Origin: Rhodoferax sp.
GTDB taxonomy: Bacteria > Pseudomonadota > Gammaproteobacteria > Burkholderiales > Burkholderiaceae_C
Length of the DNA: 64,000 nt
NCBI GenBank assembly: GCA_036835225.1
Contig: DAITMI010000002.1
Span: forward strand, 479 to 64,478
Reading direction: 5' to 3'
Shown in pieces: positions 1-9,947 of the stretch. Under the pieces are notes generated by a model. That model saw only the letters and a program-made list of their open reading frames with translations. It ran no database searches and had not been told where the DNA came from. The translations under genes were made by a program, and so were the position numbers. Numbering within the stretch: position 1 is the first letter of the stretch; the number at the start of each line of letters is the position of its first letter.

Positions 1-39
1 GCCATGGCTGCCCCCGGATCGGCGTCCGCGGTAGGCGCC

Positions 40-801
40 TCAGGTCGGACATGACAGCCCGTCATGGATGCAGCGCAAATACGCCTGCACTGTCGCGCTA
101 TAACCCAACTCCAGCGCGTCGGCGATCAGGGCGTGGCCGATGGAGACTTCTGCGACCCCCGACACGGTTTTAAGAAACACGGCCAGGTTGTCGCGGTTCA
201 AGTCGTGGCCGGCGTTGACACCCAGGCCGACCGCGAGCGCCGCTTGCGCGGCCGCGGCAAAGCGCTTCAGCTGCGCACCCTGCTGCGGCGTGCCCCAGGC
301 GGCGGCATAGGGCTCGGTATACAGTTCAACCCGGTCGGCGCCGACCGCCTTGGCGGCTGCCATAGCCGGGGGGTCGGCGTCCATGAACAGGCTGACGCGC
401 ACGCCCAAACTTTGCGCCTCCGCAATGAGCGGGCGCAGACGATCCGCATCGTGGGCCAGATTCCAGCCATGGTCACTGGTGAACTGGCCTTCTGAATCCG
501 GCACAAAAGTACATTGCTGCGGTCGGCATTCGCGCACAAAATGCATCAGGTTTTGATACGGATTGCCCTCAATATTGAACTCGCGATCCGGCCAGGCTTT
601 CATCAGCGCCGCCAGGTCGTGCACATCAGCGGCCCGGATATGGCGTTCGTCCGGCCGCGGATGCACCGTGATGCCGTTGGCCCCGGCCTGCAGGCACAAG
701 GTGGCCGCGCGCGTGACGCTGGGGATGCCCAGATGACGCGTGTTGCGCACCAGCGCCACTTTATTGAGGTTGACCGAGAGGGCTGTCAGGTTTTTGTTCA
801 T
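40..801 (-). CDS. pdxJ: Pyridoxine 5'-phosphate synthase
   Basis: LSVNLNKVALVRNTR, GITVHPRPDERHI, VNAGHDL, EVSIGHAL motifs; follows recO. Confidence 0.95.
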   Translation of the reverse strand: MNKNLTALSVNLNKVALVRNTRHLGIPSVTRAATLCLQAGANGITVHPRPDERHIRAADVHDLAALMKAWPDREFNIEGNPYQNLMHFVRECRPQQCTFVPDSEGQFTSDHGWNLAHDADRLRPLIAEAQSLGVRVSLFMDADPPAMAAAKAVGADRVELYTEPYAAAWGTPQQGAQLKRFAAAAQAALAVGLGVNAGHDLNRDNLAVFLKTVSGVAEVSIGHALIADALELGYSATVQAYLRCIHDGLSCPT

Positions 802-870
802 ACGGGCATCGATTAGTTGTCATGGCCGCGCTACCTTCGCCATGACAGAAATGTGGATTTATAAAGCTAT

Positions 871-1620
871 CTACAAGGATTGCAGGTCGATCATCATTTG
901 CCGGGTACGCAGGGTGCTCACCCCGCAATGGTAATTCAGCAGCGTGCGCAACTGGGGTTTGAGTTCCGCCATCACTTGCGCGCAGGCGCGCAAGGTGGCG
1001 GTGAACGGGGCGCCGCTTGCCAGCGACGGTTGCAGCGCGACCCATTGGGCACCGCTCAGGCTGGCCCGGTTCGCCACATGGGTCTGACGCAGGCCACCCT
1101 CGGGCACCAGGCTGTAGCGAGCTTCCTGCTCCAGATCCGCCAGCGTCAGGGTCTGGACGTCCAGCCGGGGCAGCAGCCCGATCTCGCGCAGCAGCAGCAG
1201 CTCAAACGCGCGCAAGGCGGACTGCAGGACCTCGCCGTGTTCGGAGGCAATCACCTGCACCACATTGGCATACACGTCAAACAGACCCGGATGCGGGTCG
1301 TCCCGCGCCAGCAGCGTCAGCAGCAGTTCATTCAGGTAGAGGCCGGACATCAGCGCGTCGCCGGTCGGCATCACATGGCCGCCCTGCCACTCCGCCCCTT
1401 TGAGCGTGCGAATTTCGGCATCACCGCCAAAAGCCACATGCAGCGGCTGCAAGGGCAGCAGGATGGGGCGAAAGCTGGAGCTGGGCCGCTTGACACCCTT
1501 GGCCACCAACGCAATGCGGCCGTAGTGACGCGTGAACACTTCCAGAATCAGGCTCGACTCGCTCCAGTCATAGCGGTGCAGCACATAGGCGGGTTCGTCA
1601 GAGATGCGCTTGGTGGCCAC
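871..1620 (-). CDS. recO: DNA repair protein RecO
   Basis: [27 protein letters not shown]-fold start, GLYLNELL; rnc-era-recO-pdxJ order. Confidence 0.95.
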   Translation of the reverse strand: MATKRISDEPAYVLHRYDWSESSLILEVFTRHYGRIALVAKGVKRPSSSFRPILLPLQPLHVAFGGDAEIRTLKGAEWQGGHVMPTGDALMSGLYLNELLLTLLARDDPHPGLFDVYANVVQVIASEHGEVLQSALRAFELLLLREIGLLPRLDVQTLTLADLEQEARYSLVPEGGLRQTHVANRASLSGAQWVALQPSLASGAPFTATLRACAQVMAELKPQLRTLLNYHCGVSTLRTRQMMIDLQSL

Positions 1621-1632
1621 GCAACGGTTCGC

Positions 1633-1779
1633 TCAGGTAGCACATGCCGCAGCGTTGGTCGGCAGCGCAGCACACGCAGTGGCAAGCATGGCGGTCAGTT
1701 TCACCGCCGGACCGCCCCAAGGGGAAACAGCCCCCCTGGGGGGCAGCGCCGCACATGCAGTGGCAAGCGTGGGGGTCAC
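1633..1779 (-). repeat. Intergenic repeat family B: full copy ~1704-1779 plus partial tandem copy ~1660-1697; open 48-codon frame VTPTLATACAALPPRGA...
   Basis: Shares ccgccgg-ccgccccaagg...ggggggcagcg...aagcgtgggggtca with 2812-2889 and 19750-19820. Confidence 0.8.
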
Positions 1780-1786
1780 AATCTCT

Positions 1787-2806
1787 TCACTGGTAGCCGA
1801 AGGAACGAACGCGGGCTTCGTCGTCCGCCCAGCCGGAGCGCACTTTGACCCACATCTCGATGAACACCTTGCAGTCCAGCGCCTTTTCCAACTCGACCCG
1901 GGTCTCCATGCCAATGCGCTTGATGCGTTCGCCCTTGTCGCCAATCACCATGGCTTTATGGGTGTCGCGCTCAACCACAATGGTGGCGGCAATCCTGAGC
2001 AGGCGCTTTTGGCCCTTGCGCGCCGGCGGCTCTTCCTCGAACTTGTCGATCACCACCGTGGACGTGTAGGGCAGTTCATCGCCGGTGAGACGGAACAACT
2101 TTTCGCGCACGGTCTCGCTGGCCAGGAATTTCTCGCTACGGTCGGTCAACTCGTCTTCGGCGTACCACCAGGCCTGCTCGGGCAGGTACTTTTCGCAGAT
2201 ACCCAGCATGCGTTCAATATCTTTGGCGTTCTTGGCCGACATCGGCACGAACTCGGCAAACGTATGGCGTTGCTGCATTTCCTGCAGCCACGGTGCGATG
2301 TCGGCCCGGCGCGTCACCTGATCCAGCTTGTTGGCCACCAGCAGGGTCGGAATGTCCTTGCTCAGCAAGGCCAGCACTTTGGCATCGGCCTGGTTGAACA
2401 TGCCCGCTTCCACCACAAATAAAATCAGGTCCACATCGCCCACCGCACCCAGCACGGTTTTGTTGAGTGAACGGTTCAGGGCGTTGTTGTGGCGGGTCTG
2501 AAAGCCCGGCGTATCAACAAACACAAACTGCGTGGCGCCCTGGCTGTGGATGCCGGTGATGCGGTGGCGGGTGGTTTGCGCCTTGCGTGAGGTGATGCTG
2601 ATCTTCTGGCCGACCAGGGCATTCATCAGCGTCGATTTACCCACATTGGGTTTGCCGACGATGGCGATCAGGCCGCAACGTTGCCCTGCAACAGGGGCAT
2701 CCGCCGGGGCGGCCACCCGCATGCTTTTGAGCATGCTTTCGATATCATTTTGGCCTTCAGCCCCCGTGGAGTCTGCATCAGCAGCTATTATTTTAGTAGT
2801 AGTCAT
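1787..2806 (-). CDS. era: GTPase Era
   Basis: [19 protein letters not shown] domain [10 protein letters not shown]. Confidence 0.97.
   Translation of the reverse strand: MTTTKIIAADADSTGAEGQNDIESMLKSMRVAAPADAPVAGQRCGLIAIVGKPNVGKSTLMNALVGQKISITSRKAQTTRHRITGIHSQGATQFVFVDTPGFQTRHNNALNRSLNKTVLGAVGDVDLILFVVEAGMFNQADAKVLALLSKDIPTLLVANKLDQVTRRADIAPWLQEMQQRHTFAEFVPMSAKNAKDIERMLGICEKYLPEQAWWYAEDELTDRSEKFLASETVREKLFRLTGDELPYTSTVVIDKFEEEPPARKGQKRLLRIAATIVVERDTHKAMVIGDKGERIKRIGMETRVELEKALDCKVFIEMWVKVRSGWADDEARVRSFGYQ
2750..2801 (+). repeat. Motif A copy 1 (inside era N-terminus)
   Basis: ttggccttcagcccccgtggagtctgcatcagcagctattattttagtagta; ungapped match to the other copies. Confidence 0.8.
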
Positions 2807-2889
2807 ATTTTGCCGCCGGGCCGCCCCAAGGCGAAATGCGCCCCCTCGGGGGGCAGCGTGTTACACGAAGTGAGAAGCGTGGGGGTCAT
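2803..2889 (-). repeat. Intergenic repeat family B copy encoding 28-aa mini-[31 protein letters not shown]
   Basis: ATG (2889-2887) overlaps the rnc TGA; its own TGA (2805-2803) overlaps the era ATG. Confidence 0.8.
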
Positions 2890-3572
2890 GATTTAGCCTT
2901 TGCCTTGATTGTTTGCAGCATCGCGGCAGCTGCAGCCTGTTCGCCAGCACGGCGCGAGCCGCCGATGCCGCGCTCTGAAAAATTGAGCTCGATAATTTCA
3001 CATTCGACGTCAAACGTCTGCTTGTGCGCCGCACCCTGCGTTCCGACCACCCGGTACAAGGGCAAATTCATTTTGCGCCCCTGCAGCCACTCCTGCAACT
3101 CGGTCTTGGGGTCTTTGCCAATGGCTTCCATTTCCGGGTTGATTTCCAGCGCCTTGAACAGCCGGTGGACCAGGCCTTGCGCTGCGGCGAAACCCGCATC
3201 CAGATAGACCGCGCCAATGAGGGCTTCCAAGGCATCGGCCAGAATGGACGGTCGCTTTTGGCCGCCGGAGCGGGCCTCGCCCTCGCCCAGACGGATGATC
3301 TCGGGCAAACCCAGTTCGACCGCCAACTGGTGCAGCGTGTCCTGCTTGACCAGATTGGCACGCACGCGCGACAGGTCACCTTCCGGCAGTGCGCCCAGGC
3401 GCTCAAACAGCAAATCGGCCACCGCCAGGTTCAAGACGGAATCACCCAAAAACTCCAGCCGCTCATTGTGATCGGCGGAGAAACTGCGGTGCGTTACGGC
3501 CCGACTCAACAGCTGGGGGTTCGAAAATTCATGCTGCAAACGGCGCTGCAGCGCAATCAAGCCTTCATTCAC
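2886..3572 (-). CDS. rnc: Ribonuclease III
   Basis: HNERLEFLGDS signature, ADALEALIGA, dsRBD DPKTELQE. Confidence 0.97.
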   Translation of the reverse strand: MNEGLIALQRRLQHEFSNPQLLSRAVTHRSFSADHNERLEFLGDSVLNLAVADLLFERLGALPEGDLSRVRANLVKQDTLHQLAVELGLPEIIRLGEGEARSGGQKRPSILADALEALIGAVYLDAGFAAAQGLVHRLFKALEINPEMEAIGKDPKTELQEWLQGRKMNLPLYRVVGTQGAAHKQTFDVECEIIELNFSERGIGGSRRAGEQAAAAAMLQTIKAKAKS

Positions 3573-3608
3573 GCTCTGCTATCTTTCTCATGATTCTGCA
3601 CGGGCATA

Positions 3609-3962
3609 TTATTTGGACCGCCCGGTGTATTTCAGTGTCAGGTAAGCCGGACCGGCCAGATGAATTTCGCGCTGGTAAGCGAAACCGACGACGATTTTGT
3701 CGCCTTCTTTGGTGACTTCAAGATCCTTGCCCGAAATGGACTTGATGTCGTCAACTGCGGCCGCCTTGTCAAAAATACTGCGCACTTCTGCGACAGAATT
3801 GCCTTCACGCGCCTTGTTGACCGCTTGGACAACGGTTTGATACTCAATGGCCGTCGGCACAACTTGCGCGCCAATCACCCCAGCCACGGCGAGCAAGCCG
3901 CCCACAAACAGGAGCCCCAGGAAAGACAGGCCGCGCTGTCTGGACTTGAATTGAATCGTCAT
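3609..3962 (-). CDS. DUF4845 family protein
   Basis: QRGLSFLGLL pilin-like start plus one TM segment; usual position between lepB and rnc. Confidence 0.8.
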   Translation of the reverse strand: MTIQFKSRQRGLSFLGLLFVGGLLAVAGVIGAQVVPTAIEYQTVVQAVNKAREGNSVAEVRSIFDKAAAVDDIKSISGKDLEVTKEGDKIVVGFAYQREIHLAGPAYLTLKYTGRSK

Positions 3963-4051
3963 AGATTTTCCTAATCAGTGGGGAGACAGCGCTGGCTGGC
4001 AGAGTAGCGCCAGGGTCTGTCCCCGCAAGTTTTCCAATGGCCAAAGCGATT

Positions 4052-5017
4052 TCAATTGAACGAGCCGATGCGTTTCAGGCTGTTGAAGTTCATCCAGACA
4101 AAAAATGCTTTGCCGACAATGTTTTTGTCTGGCACAAACCCCCAATAGCGCGAATCCAGCGAATTATCCCGGTTATCGCCCATCATGAAGTAGTGGCCTT
4201 GCGGCACTTTGCACACCACCCCTTCGATACTGTAGCGGCAGTTTTGTTTGAAAACAAAGTCGTCTGCCCCCGGCACAAAGGCAGGACGGTCATCGTCGTT
4301 GAGCAGCCGGTGTTTGTACGCACTCAATGATTCTTCGTACTGTTTGAAATAGCGCATCACATCTTCATCGAAGAACTCCGGCAACGCCACCGTCTCGATC
4401 ACTTTGCCGTTGATGGTCAAGCGCTTGTTCAAGTAGGCCACCTCGTCGCCCGGCAGTCCGACCACGCGCTTGATGTAGTCAAGACTGGGCTTGGGCGGAT
4501 AACGGAACACCATCACATCGCCGCGCTCCGGCTTGCTGCCTTCGGTGATCTTGGTGTTGATCACTGGCAGGCGAATGCCGTAGTGAAACTTGTTGACCAG
4601 GATGAGGTCACCCACCAGCAAGGTCGGGATCATGGAACCCGAGGGGATTTTAAAGGGCTCAAACAAAAAAGAGCGCAGAAAAAACACGGCGATGATCACC
4701 GGAAAGAGCCCTGCCGTCCAATCCAGCCACCAGGGTTGCGCCAGCAGGCGGCTGCGCGCCGCAGCAATGTCCCCATCCACTTGGCTAATGCCCATCTTGC
4801 CCAACTCCTGGCGCCGCCGCACCGCCTCGGCTTCGAGCAGTGCCGCGGCTTTCTGCCGCTGCGGCAAAAAATAAAAACGTTCCGCCAGCCAGTAAACACC
4901 AGTGACAACCGTGGCCAAAAATAGCAGCAGCGCAAAGTTGCCTTCGACCACGCCCAAGTACCAGGCACCGGCGTAACCGACAAAAGCCGCCAGAATGAGA
5001 GAGGTTAGAACTTGCAT
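4052..5017 (-). CDS. lepB: Signal peptidase I
   Basis: EPFKIPSGSMIPTL, DYIKRVVG, GDNRDNSLDSRYWG. Confidence 0.97.
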   Translation of the reverse strand: MQVLTSLILAAFVGYAGAWYLGVVEGNFALLLFLATVVTGVYWLAERFYFLPQRQKAAALLEAEAVRRRQELGKMGISQVDGDIAAARSRLLAQPWWLDWTAGLFPVIIAVFFLRSFLFEPFKIPSGSMIPTLLVGDLILVNKFHYGIRLPVINTKITEGSKPERGDVMVFRYPPKPSLDYIKRVVGLPGDEVAYLNKRLTINGKVIETVALPEFFDEDVMRYFKQYEESLSAYKHRLLNDDDRPAFVPGADDFVFKQNCRYSIEGVVCKVPQGHYFMMGDNRDNSLDSRYWGFVPDKNIVGKAFFVWMNFNSLKRIGSFN

Positions 5018-6828
5018 CAGCCGTCCACCTGCAAAATTGCCAAAAATGCCTCTTGCGGCACCTCAACTGAACCGATTTGCTTCATACGTTTCTTACCTTC
5101 TTTTTGTTTATCCAGCAGCTTGCGCTTGCGTGAAATATCGCCGCCGTAGCACTTGGCAATCACGTTCTTGCGCAGCGCCTTGATCGACTCACGCGCGATG
5201 ATATTGGAGCCAATGGCAGCTTGAATCGCCACATCGTACATCTGGCGGGAAATGGTCTCCCGCATCTTGGCGACCACCGCCCGGCCACGGAATTGCGACT
5301 GTGAACGGTGCACGATGATCGACAGCGCATCCACTTTTTCGCCATTGAGCAAAATATCGACCTTGACCACATCGGCGGCGCGGTACTCCTTGAACTCATA
5401 GTCCATCGACGCATAACCGCGCGAGACGGACTTGAGCTTGTCAAAGAAATCCAGCACGATTTCAGCCAGCGGCATCTCATAAGTGAGCATGACTTGGCGC
5501 CCGTGGTAGGCCATGTTCATCTGCACGCCGCGCTTCTGGTTGGCCAGTGTCATCACGGCACCGACATAGTCTTGCGGCATGTACAAGTGCACGGTGACGA
5601 TGGGTTCACGGATCTCGTCCATGCGCCCCTGATCGGGCATCTTGGACGGGTTCTCGACCATCCGCACCTCGCCGTCGACCGCCACCACCTGGTACACCAC
5701 ACTGGGTGCGGTGGTGATCAGGTCCTGGTCAAACTCACGCTCCAGACGCTCCTGCACGATCTCCATGTGCAGCAGACCCAAAAATCCACAGCGGAAGCCG
5801 AACCCCAGCGCTTGCGACACTTCCGGCTCGTAGTGCAGCGACGAATCATTCAGCTTGAGTTTCTCCAAACTGTCGCGCAAGCCTTCGTATTGGTTGGCCT
5901 CGGTTGGGTACAGACCGGCAAATACCTGCGGCTGGATTTCCTTGAAACCGGGCAGCGGCTCGGTCGCCGTAAAGGCCGCGCCGCCGGTGCCCGCTTTGAT
6001 CAGCGTGATGGTGTCGCCCACCTTGGCAGCCTGCAGTTCACGAATACCGGCAATGATGTAACCGACCTCACCCGCTTCCAGTGAGTCGCGCGGCTCATTG
6101 GCTGGCGTGAACACACCGAGGTTATCGGCGTTGTACATGGTACCGGTCGCCATCATCTTGAAACGTTCGCCCTTGGCCAAGCGCCCATCGACCACGCGCA
6201 CCAGCATCACCACGCCGACATAAGTGTCGAACCAGCTGTCCACAATCATGGCGCGCAAGGGCCCGGTCGGATTGCCTTTGGGCGCCGGAATGCGGGCGAC
6301 CACGGCCTCCAGAATCTCGTCAATGCCCATGCCGGTTTTGGCCGAACAGGGAATGGCATCGGTGGCATCAATGCCGATCACATCTTCAATTTCAACTTTG
6401 GCGTTATCGGGATCGGCATTGGGCAAATCCATCTTGTTGAGCACCGGCACCACCTCAACGCCGAGCTCCAACGCGGTGTAGCAGTTGGCCACTGTTTGCG
6501 CTTCGACACCCTGGCTGGCATCCACCACCAACAGTGCGCCTTCGCAGGCCGAGAGCGAGCGACTCACTTCATAGGAAAAGTCCACATGCCCGGGGGTGTC
6601 GATCAGATTGAGGTTGTAAATCTGGCCGTTCTGGGCCTTGTATTTGAGCGCTGCCGTCTGTGCCTTGATGGTTATCCCGCGCTCTTTCTCAATGTCCATC
6701 GAGTCCAGCACCTGGGCTTGCATCTCCCGCTCCTGCAAACCACCACAGCGCTGAATCAAGCGATCAGCCAGGGTTGATTTGCCGTGATCAATGTGCGCAA
6801 TGATCGAAAAATTTCTGATGTGATTCAT
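5017..6828 (-). CDS. lepA: Elongation factor 4 (LepA)
   Basis: [37 protein letters not shown] at 6828. Confidence 0.98.
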   Translation of the reverse strand: MNHIRNFSIIAHIDHGKSTLADRLIQRCGGLQEREMQAQVLDSMDIEKERGITIKAQTAALKYKAQNGQIYNLNLIDTPGHVDFSYEVSRSLSACEGALLVVDASQGVEAQTVANCYTALELGVEVVPVLNKMDLPNADPDNAKVEIEDVIGIDATDAIPCSAKTGMGIDEILEAVVARIPAPKGNPTGPLRAMIVDSWFDTYVGVVMLVRVVDGRLAKGERFKMMATGTMYNADNLGVFTPANEPRDSLEAGEVGYIIAGIRELQAAKVGDTITLIKAGTGGAAFTATEPLPGFKEIQPQVFAGLYPTEANQYEGLRDSLEKLKLNDSSLHYEPEVSQALGFGFRCGFLGLLHMEIVQERLEREFDQDLITTAPSVVYQVVAVDGEVRMVENPSKMPDQGRMDEIREPIVTVHLYMPQDYVGAVMTLANQKRGVQMNMAYHGRQVMLTYEMPLAEIVLDFFDKLKSVSRGYASMDYEFKEYRAADVVKVDILLNGEKVDALSIIVHRSQSQFRGRAVVAKMRETISRQMYDVAIQAAIGSNIIARESIKALRKNVIAKCYGGDISRKRKLLDKQKEGKKRMKQIGSVEVPQEAFLAILQVDG

Positions 6829-6868
6829 CAAGGAGGATACTTAAGTGATTGAATTAAAACGATGGGGC

Positions 6869-6903
6869 AAGAAAAAAGGGCGCGTCGAATTCTGACGCGC
6901 CCT
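6869..6903 (-). terminator. Intrinsic terminator-like hairpin in the lepA leader
   Basis: 10-bp stem agggcgcgtc/gacgcgccct followed by a T-tract on the minus strand, ~40 nt before the lepA ATG. Confidence 0.6.
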
Positions 6904-7018
6904 GAACCAACAATCATTGGCAACTGCGAAGGTTGGAAGTTCATTGTAGGCAAAAAGCCAAGAACGTACAGCCCAAAAAACAGTCAGCATGAGTCGTTGC
7001 AGTGCCGCAACAAGAATC

Positions 7019-7086
7019 TTATACACAACTTATTAACAATAATGGCGGATCACCATCTGGACAACTTGTGGGGGAACTGTGGACCA
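7019..7086. promoter_or_regulatory. Cluster of DnaA-box-like 9-mers with 11-bp period
   Basis: TTATACACA 7019, TTATTAACA 7030; reverse-oriented tctggacaa 7056, tgtggggga 7067, tgtggacca 7078. Confidence 0.5.
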
Positions 7087-7280
7087 CCTAGGGGTTTTCC
7101 AATTCTTCCCGTATCGTGGACTTCGGTCCATTCCATATGCCGGTAATCCCTAATGACCCGGCCCTATTCTAACCAAAACAGTAAGTATCTGAATTAAAAG
7201 TTAGTGAATGCAAACATTTCGCAGCCCAACAGACTGGAAAACAAATATTTTTTCATCCCCTCTTTTGACAGCGCAAACAA

Positions 7281-7319
7281 CAAAAAAGACCCAAAACCCG
7301 AGTCCGGGTCAGGGTCTTG
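7281..7319 (-). terminator. Intrinsic terminator downstream of degQ
   Basis: aagaccc..acccg-agtc-cgggt..gggtctt hairpin with A-tract on its left. Confidence 0.6.
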
Positions 7320-7335
7320 CGGAACTCGCCGGCGC

Positions 7336-8805
7336 TTAACGGGCCGGCCGAATCACGGCATATTGCGCCCATTCGCCACGCCGGAACAGGATGTTGATCG
7401 GTTTTTTCTTGTCCAGTTTTGACAACGCCGCCTCGAACTCCTTGACGTTCGCCACCTCTACATTCGCAATCGCCATAATCACATCACCTTCGCGCACACC
7501 GGCACGGGCTGCTGCCTCGGTGGCGGCCTCGACCTTCACACCACCTTTGACCTTGAGCTCTTTCTTTTGGACGTCGGTCAACTCGCTGACCGCCAATCCA
7601 AGCGCCTGCCCGGCCGACGATGCCTTGGGCTTGTCGTCCTTGTCAGCGGCTTTTCCAACCGGTTTGTCAGCCTCGATCTCCGCAATCGTGACCGTCAGCT
7701 CCTTGTAGCCGCCCCGACGAAACACGGTAAGCGCGCTGCGGGTGCCGGGCTTGGTTCCGCCCACCATGCGCGGCAGGTCACTCGATTTTTCGACCACTTT
7801 GCCTTCAAACTTGGTGATGATGTCGCCCGCTTCCACGCCGGCTTTCTCTGCCGGCGAGCCAACCTCGACAGCGCGCACCAGTGCACCCTGGGGTTTACCA
7901 AGGCCAATGGACTCCGCCACCTCTTTGGATACTTGCTCAATCTGGACACCAATGCGCCCGCGCGTCACACGGCCCGCCACCCGCAACTGTTCGCTGACAC
8001 GCACCGCTTCGTCCATCGGAATGGCAAACGAGATGCCCATGGAGCCACCCGAGCGGGAATAGATCTGGCTATTGATGCCCACCACTTCACCGCGCATGTT
8101 GATCAACGGGCCGCCCGAATTACCGGGGTTGATGGCCACATCAGTCTGGATCAGCGGCAGGTAGTCGCCGGTGTCGCGCTGCTTGGCGCTCACAATGCCG
8201 GCCGTCACGGTGTTGTCCAGACCAAACGGCGACCCGATGGCCATGACCCATTCGCCTACTTTGAGTCGATTCACATCACCGACCTTCACCGCCGGCAGGC
8301 CCGCAGCGTCGATCTTGACCAGCGCAATATCGCTGCGCTTGTCAGCGCCAATAATTTTGGCCTTGAACTCGCGTTTGTCGGTGAGCGTGACGATCACTTC
8401 GTCAGCCCCGTCAACCACGTGGGCATTGGTCATGATGAGGCCATCGGCCGAGAGAATGAAGCCCGAACCGACACCGCGTGGCTGTTCTTCCTCCTGCGGT
8501 TGCGGTCGATTCGGACGCGGCGTCTGGCGCGGAATATTGGGCGTTGGCAGCCCGAAGCGCCGGAAAAACTCCAGCATTTCTTCCTCGCCGGGAGCGCCCG
8601 GGCCGTTACGGGCCGCCACTTTTTCAAGCGTGCGAATATTCACCACCGATGGCCCCACCTGTTCCACCAGATCGGTGAAGTCCGGCAAAGTGCGCACTTG
8701 CGCCACCGCCGAGGTGATGGGCAGCAGCGTAACCGAGGCCGTCACAGCCAAAGCTCCCGCCAGCACACAGGAGTGCAACTTTTTCCAATCGATTTGAATC
8801 ATCAT
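7336..8805 (-). CDS. degQ: DegQ/MucD periplasmic serine endoprotease
   Basis: Signal peptide, GSGFI, TNAHVV, INPGNSGGPL, two PDZ domains; in the rpoE operon. Confidence 0.93.
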   Translation of the reverse strand: MMIQIDWKKLHSCVLAGALAVTASVTLLPITSAVAQVRTLPDFTDLVEQVGPSVVNIRTLEKVAARNGPGAPGEEEMLEFFRRFGLPTPNIPRQTPRPNRPQPQEEEQPRGVGSGFILSADGLIMTNAHVVDGADEVIVTLTDKREFKAKIIGADKRSDIALVKIDAAGLPAVKVGDVNRLKVGEWVMAIGSPFGLDNTVTAGIVSAKQRDTGDYLPLIQTDVAINPGNSGGPLINMRGEVVGINSQIYSRSGGSMGISFAIPMDEAVRVSEQLRVAGRVTRGRIGVQIEQVSKEVAESIGLGKPQGALVRAVEVGSPAEKAGVEAGDIITKFEGKVVEKSSDLPRMVGGTKPGTRSALTVFRRGGYKELTVTIAEIEADKPVGKAADKDDKPKASSAGQALGLAVSELTDVQKKELKVKGGVKVEAATEAAARAGVREGDVIMAIANVEVANVKEFEAALSKLDKKKPINILFRRGEWAQYAVIRPAR

Positions 8806-8897
8806 CGACCTCTTTCTTTGAAAAACGAATGACTAACTAATTGAGGACAGCGTTTCGCGACGTTTCGGATGGCCCCGCAAGGTTTCGAAATAAAGCT

Positions 8898-9947
8898 TCA
8901 TTTGCTGCGCTCAAGCCCTTGGGCAAAAGCCGCCAGGGTTTGCGCTGGCACTTCACCGACTGCCGTCAGCCACCAGTCGCCGATGTGCCGCGTCAGCGTG
9001 TGGGTGGCACCCATGGCCACACTGCCCGGCTGACCATGGCGGCGGGGGTCAAAGGCCTCGACAAAAAGCGAGACCGACGCCAGCCCATCCGAAAAAATCC
9101 ATTGCATGGTGTTCTCGTGACGGGCCTCGGCGGCCGTCCCCATCGACCGCTTCAAGCAGTTCATGGACTTGAAGCCCGGCACATCACTCTTCAAGCGCCA
9201 GCCCTCGGCGGCGGCCGTGGTTTTCACCATATCAGGCTTCTCGATCTGGTAGCCCTCGGTGTTGCCCATCATCTGGGTCAATTTGCCCATACTGACCGGC
9301 ACGTCCAACTTCAGTTCGGAAAAAGCCGCCTGCTCCAGCACACGCCCATTGCCATCCAAGGTCTGCAACTTGACCACCAACCCGGTTTTTTTCTCGGCCC
9401 AGATTCGGTAGCCGAAACGCAAACCGTCTGCGGGACGCAATTGCAGCACGTCCGCGTCAAAACCGGCAACACGCTCGCTGCCGCCCGCCCGGACGCTGTA
9501 AAACTGCGCAATGGCAGAGTCGTTTGACTTCAATAAATTCGGAAACAGCCCCAGTGACTCACGTTTTTCGGCCACCACCACCCGGCTCTCGGGCAAAAAA
9601 GTCAGCACCTGATCATTGCGCCGGAACGTGGACCGGGGCGCGCCCGTCAATGACTCAACGCGCTCCATCTGCTGCTCGCCATCACAGACATGCCAAATGC
9701 GGGCGCTGGACATGTGGCTCCCGGCTGAGACCACGAACGTGCCCACATACGCGCGTCGGCGCGACGCCTCGTGCATGCGCATCAGCCAGTCATTGACACT
9801 GCGCTCAGCCGCTTTGCCATCAACAATGGATGGCGCCACGGCGGGAGATTTCGTTTGGGCCGCCAGCAGCGGGCTCAGCGCCATCACCAGTATCCCGACA
9901 GCGCAGCGAATGCACGCCTGGCTTGCCGATGTATCCATCCGTCTCAA
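8898..9947 (-). CDS. rseB: MucB/RseB sigma-E regulatory protein
   Basis: YVGTFV, SDGLASVSLFVE, LTAVGEVP; exact start uncertain. Confidence 0.9.
   Translation of the reverse strand: MRRMDTSASQACIRCAVGILVMALSPLLAAQTKSPAVAPSIVDGKAAERSVNDWLMRMHEASRRRAYVGTFVVSAGSHMSSARIWHVCDGEQQMERVESLTGAPRSTFRRNDQVLTFLPESRVVVAEKRESLGLFPNLLKSNDSAIAQFYSVRAGGSERVAGFDADVLQLRPADGLRFGYRIWAEKKTGLVVKLQTLDGNGRVLEQAAFSELKLDVPVSMGKLTQMMGNTEGYQIEKPDMVKTTAAAEGWRLKSDVPGFKSMNCLKRSMGTAAEARHENTMQWIFSDGLASVSLFVEAFDPRRHGQPGSVAMGATHTLTRHIGDWWLTAVGEVPAQTLAAFAQGLERSK

Noticed and set aside
6841..7026. 61-aa ORF in the lepA-degQ gap
   Set aside because: No RBS, atypical composition, and it spans the putative promoter and DnaA boxes
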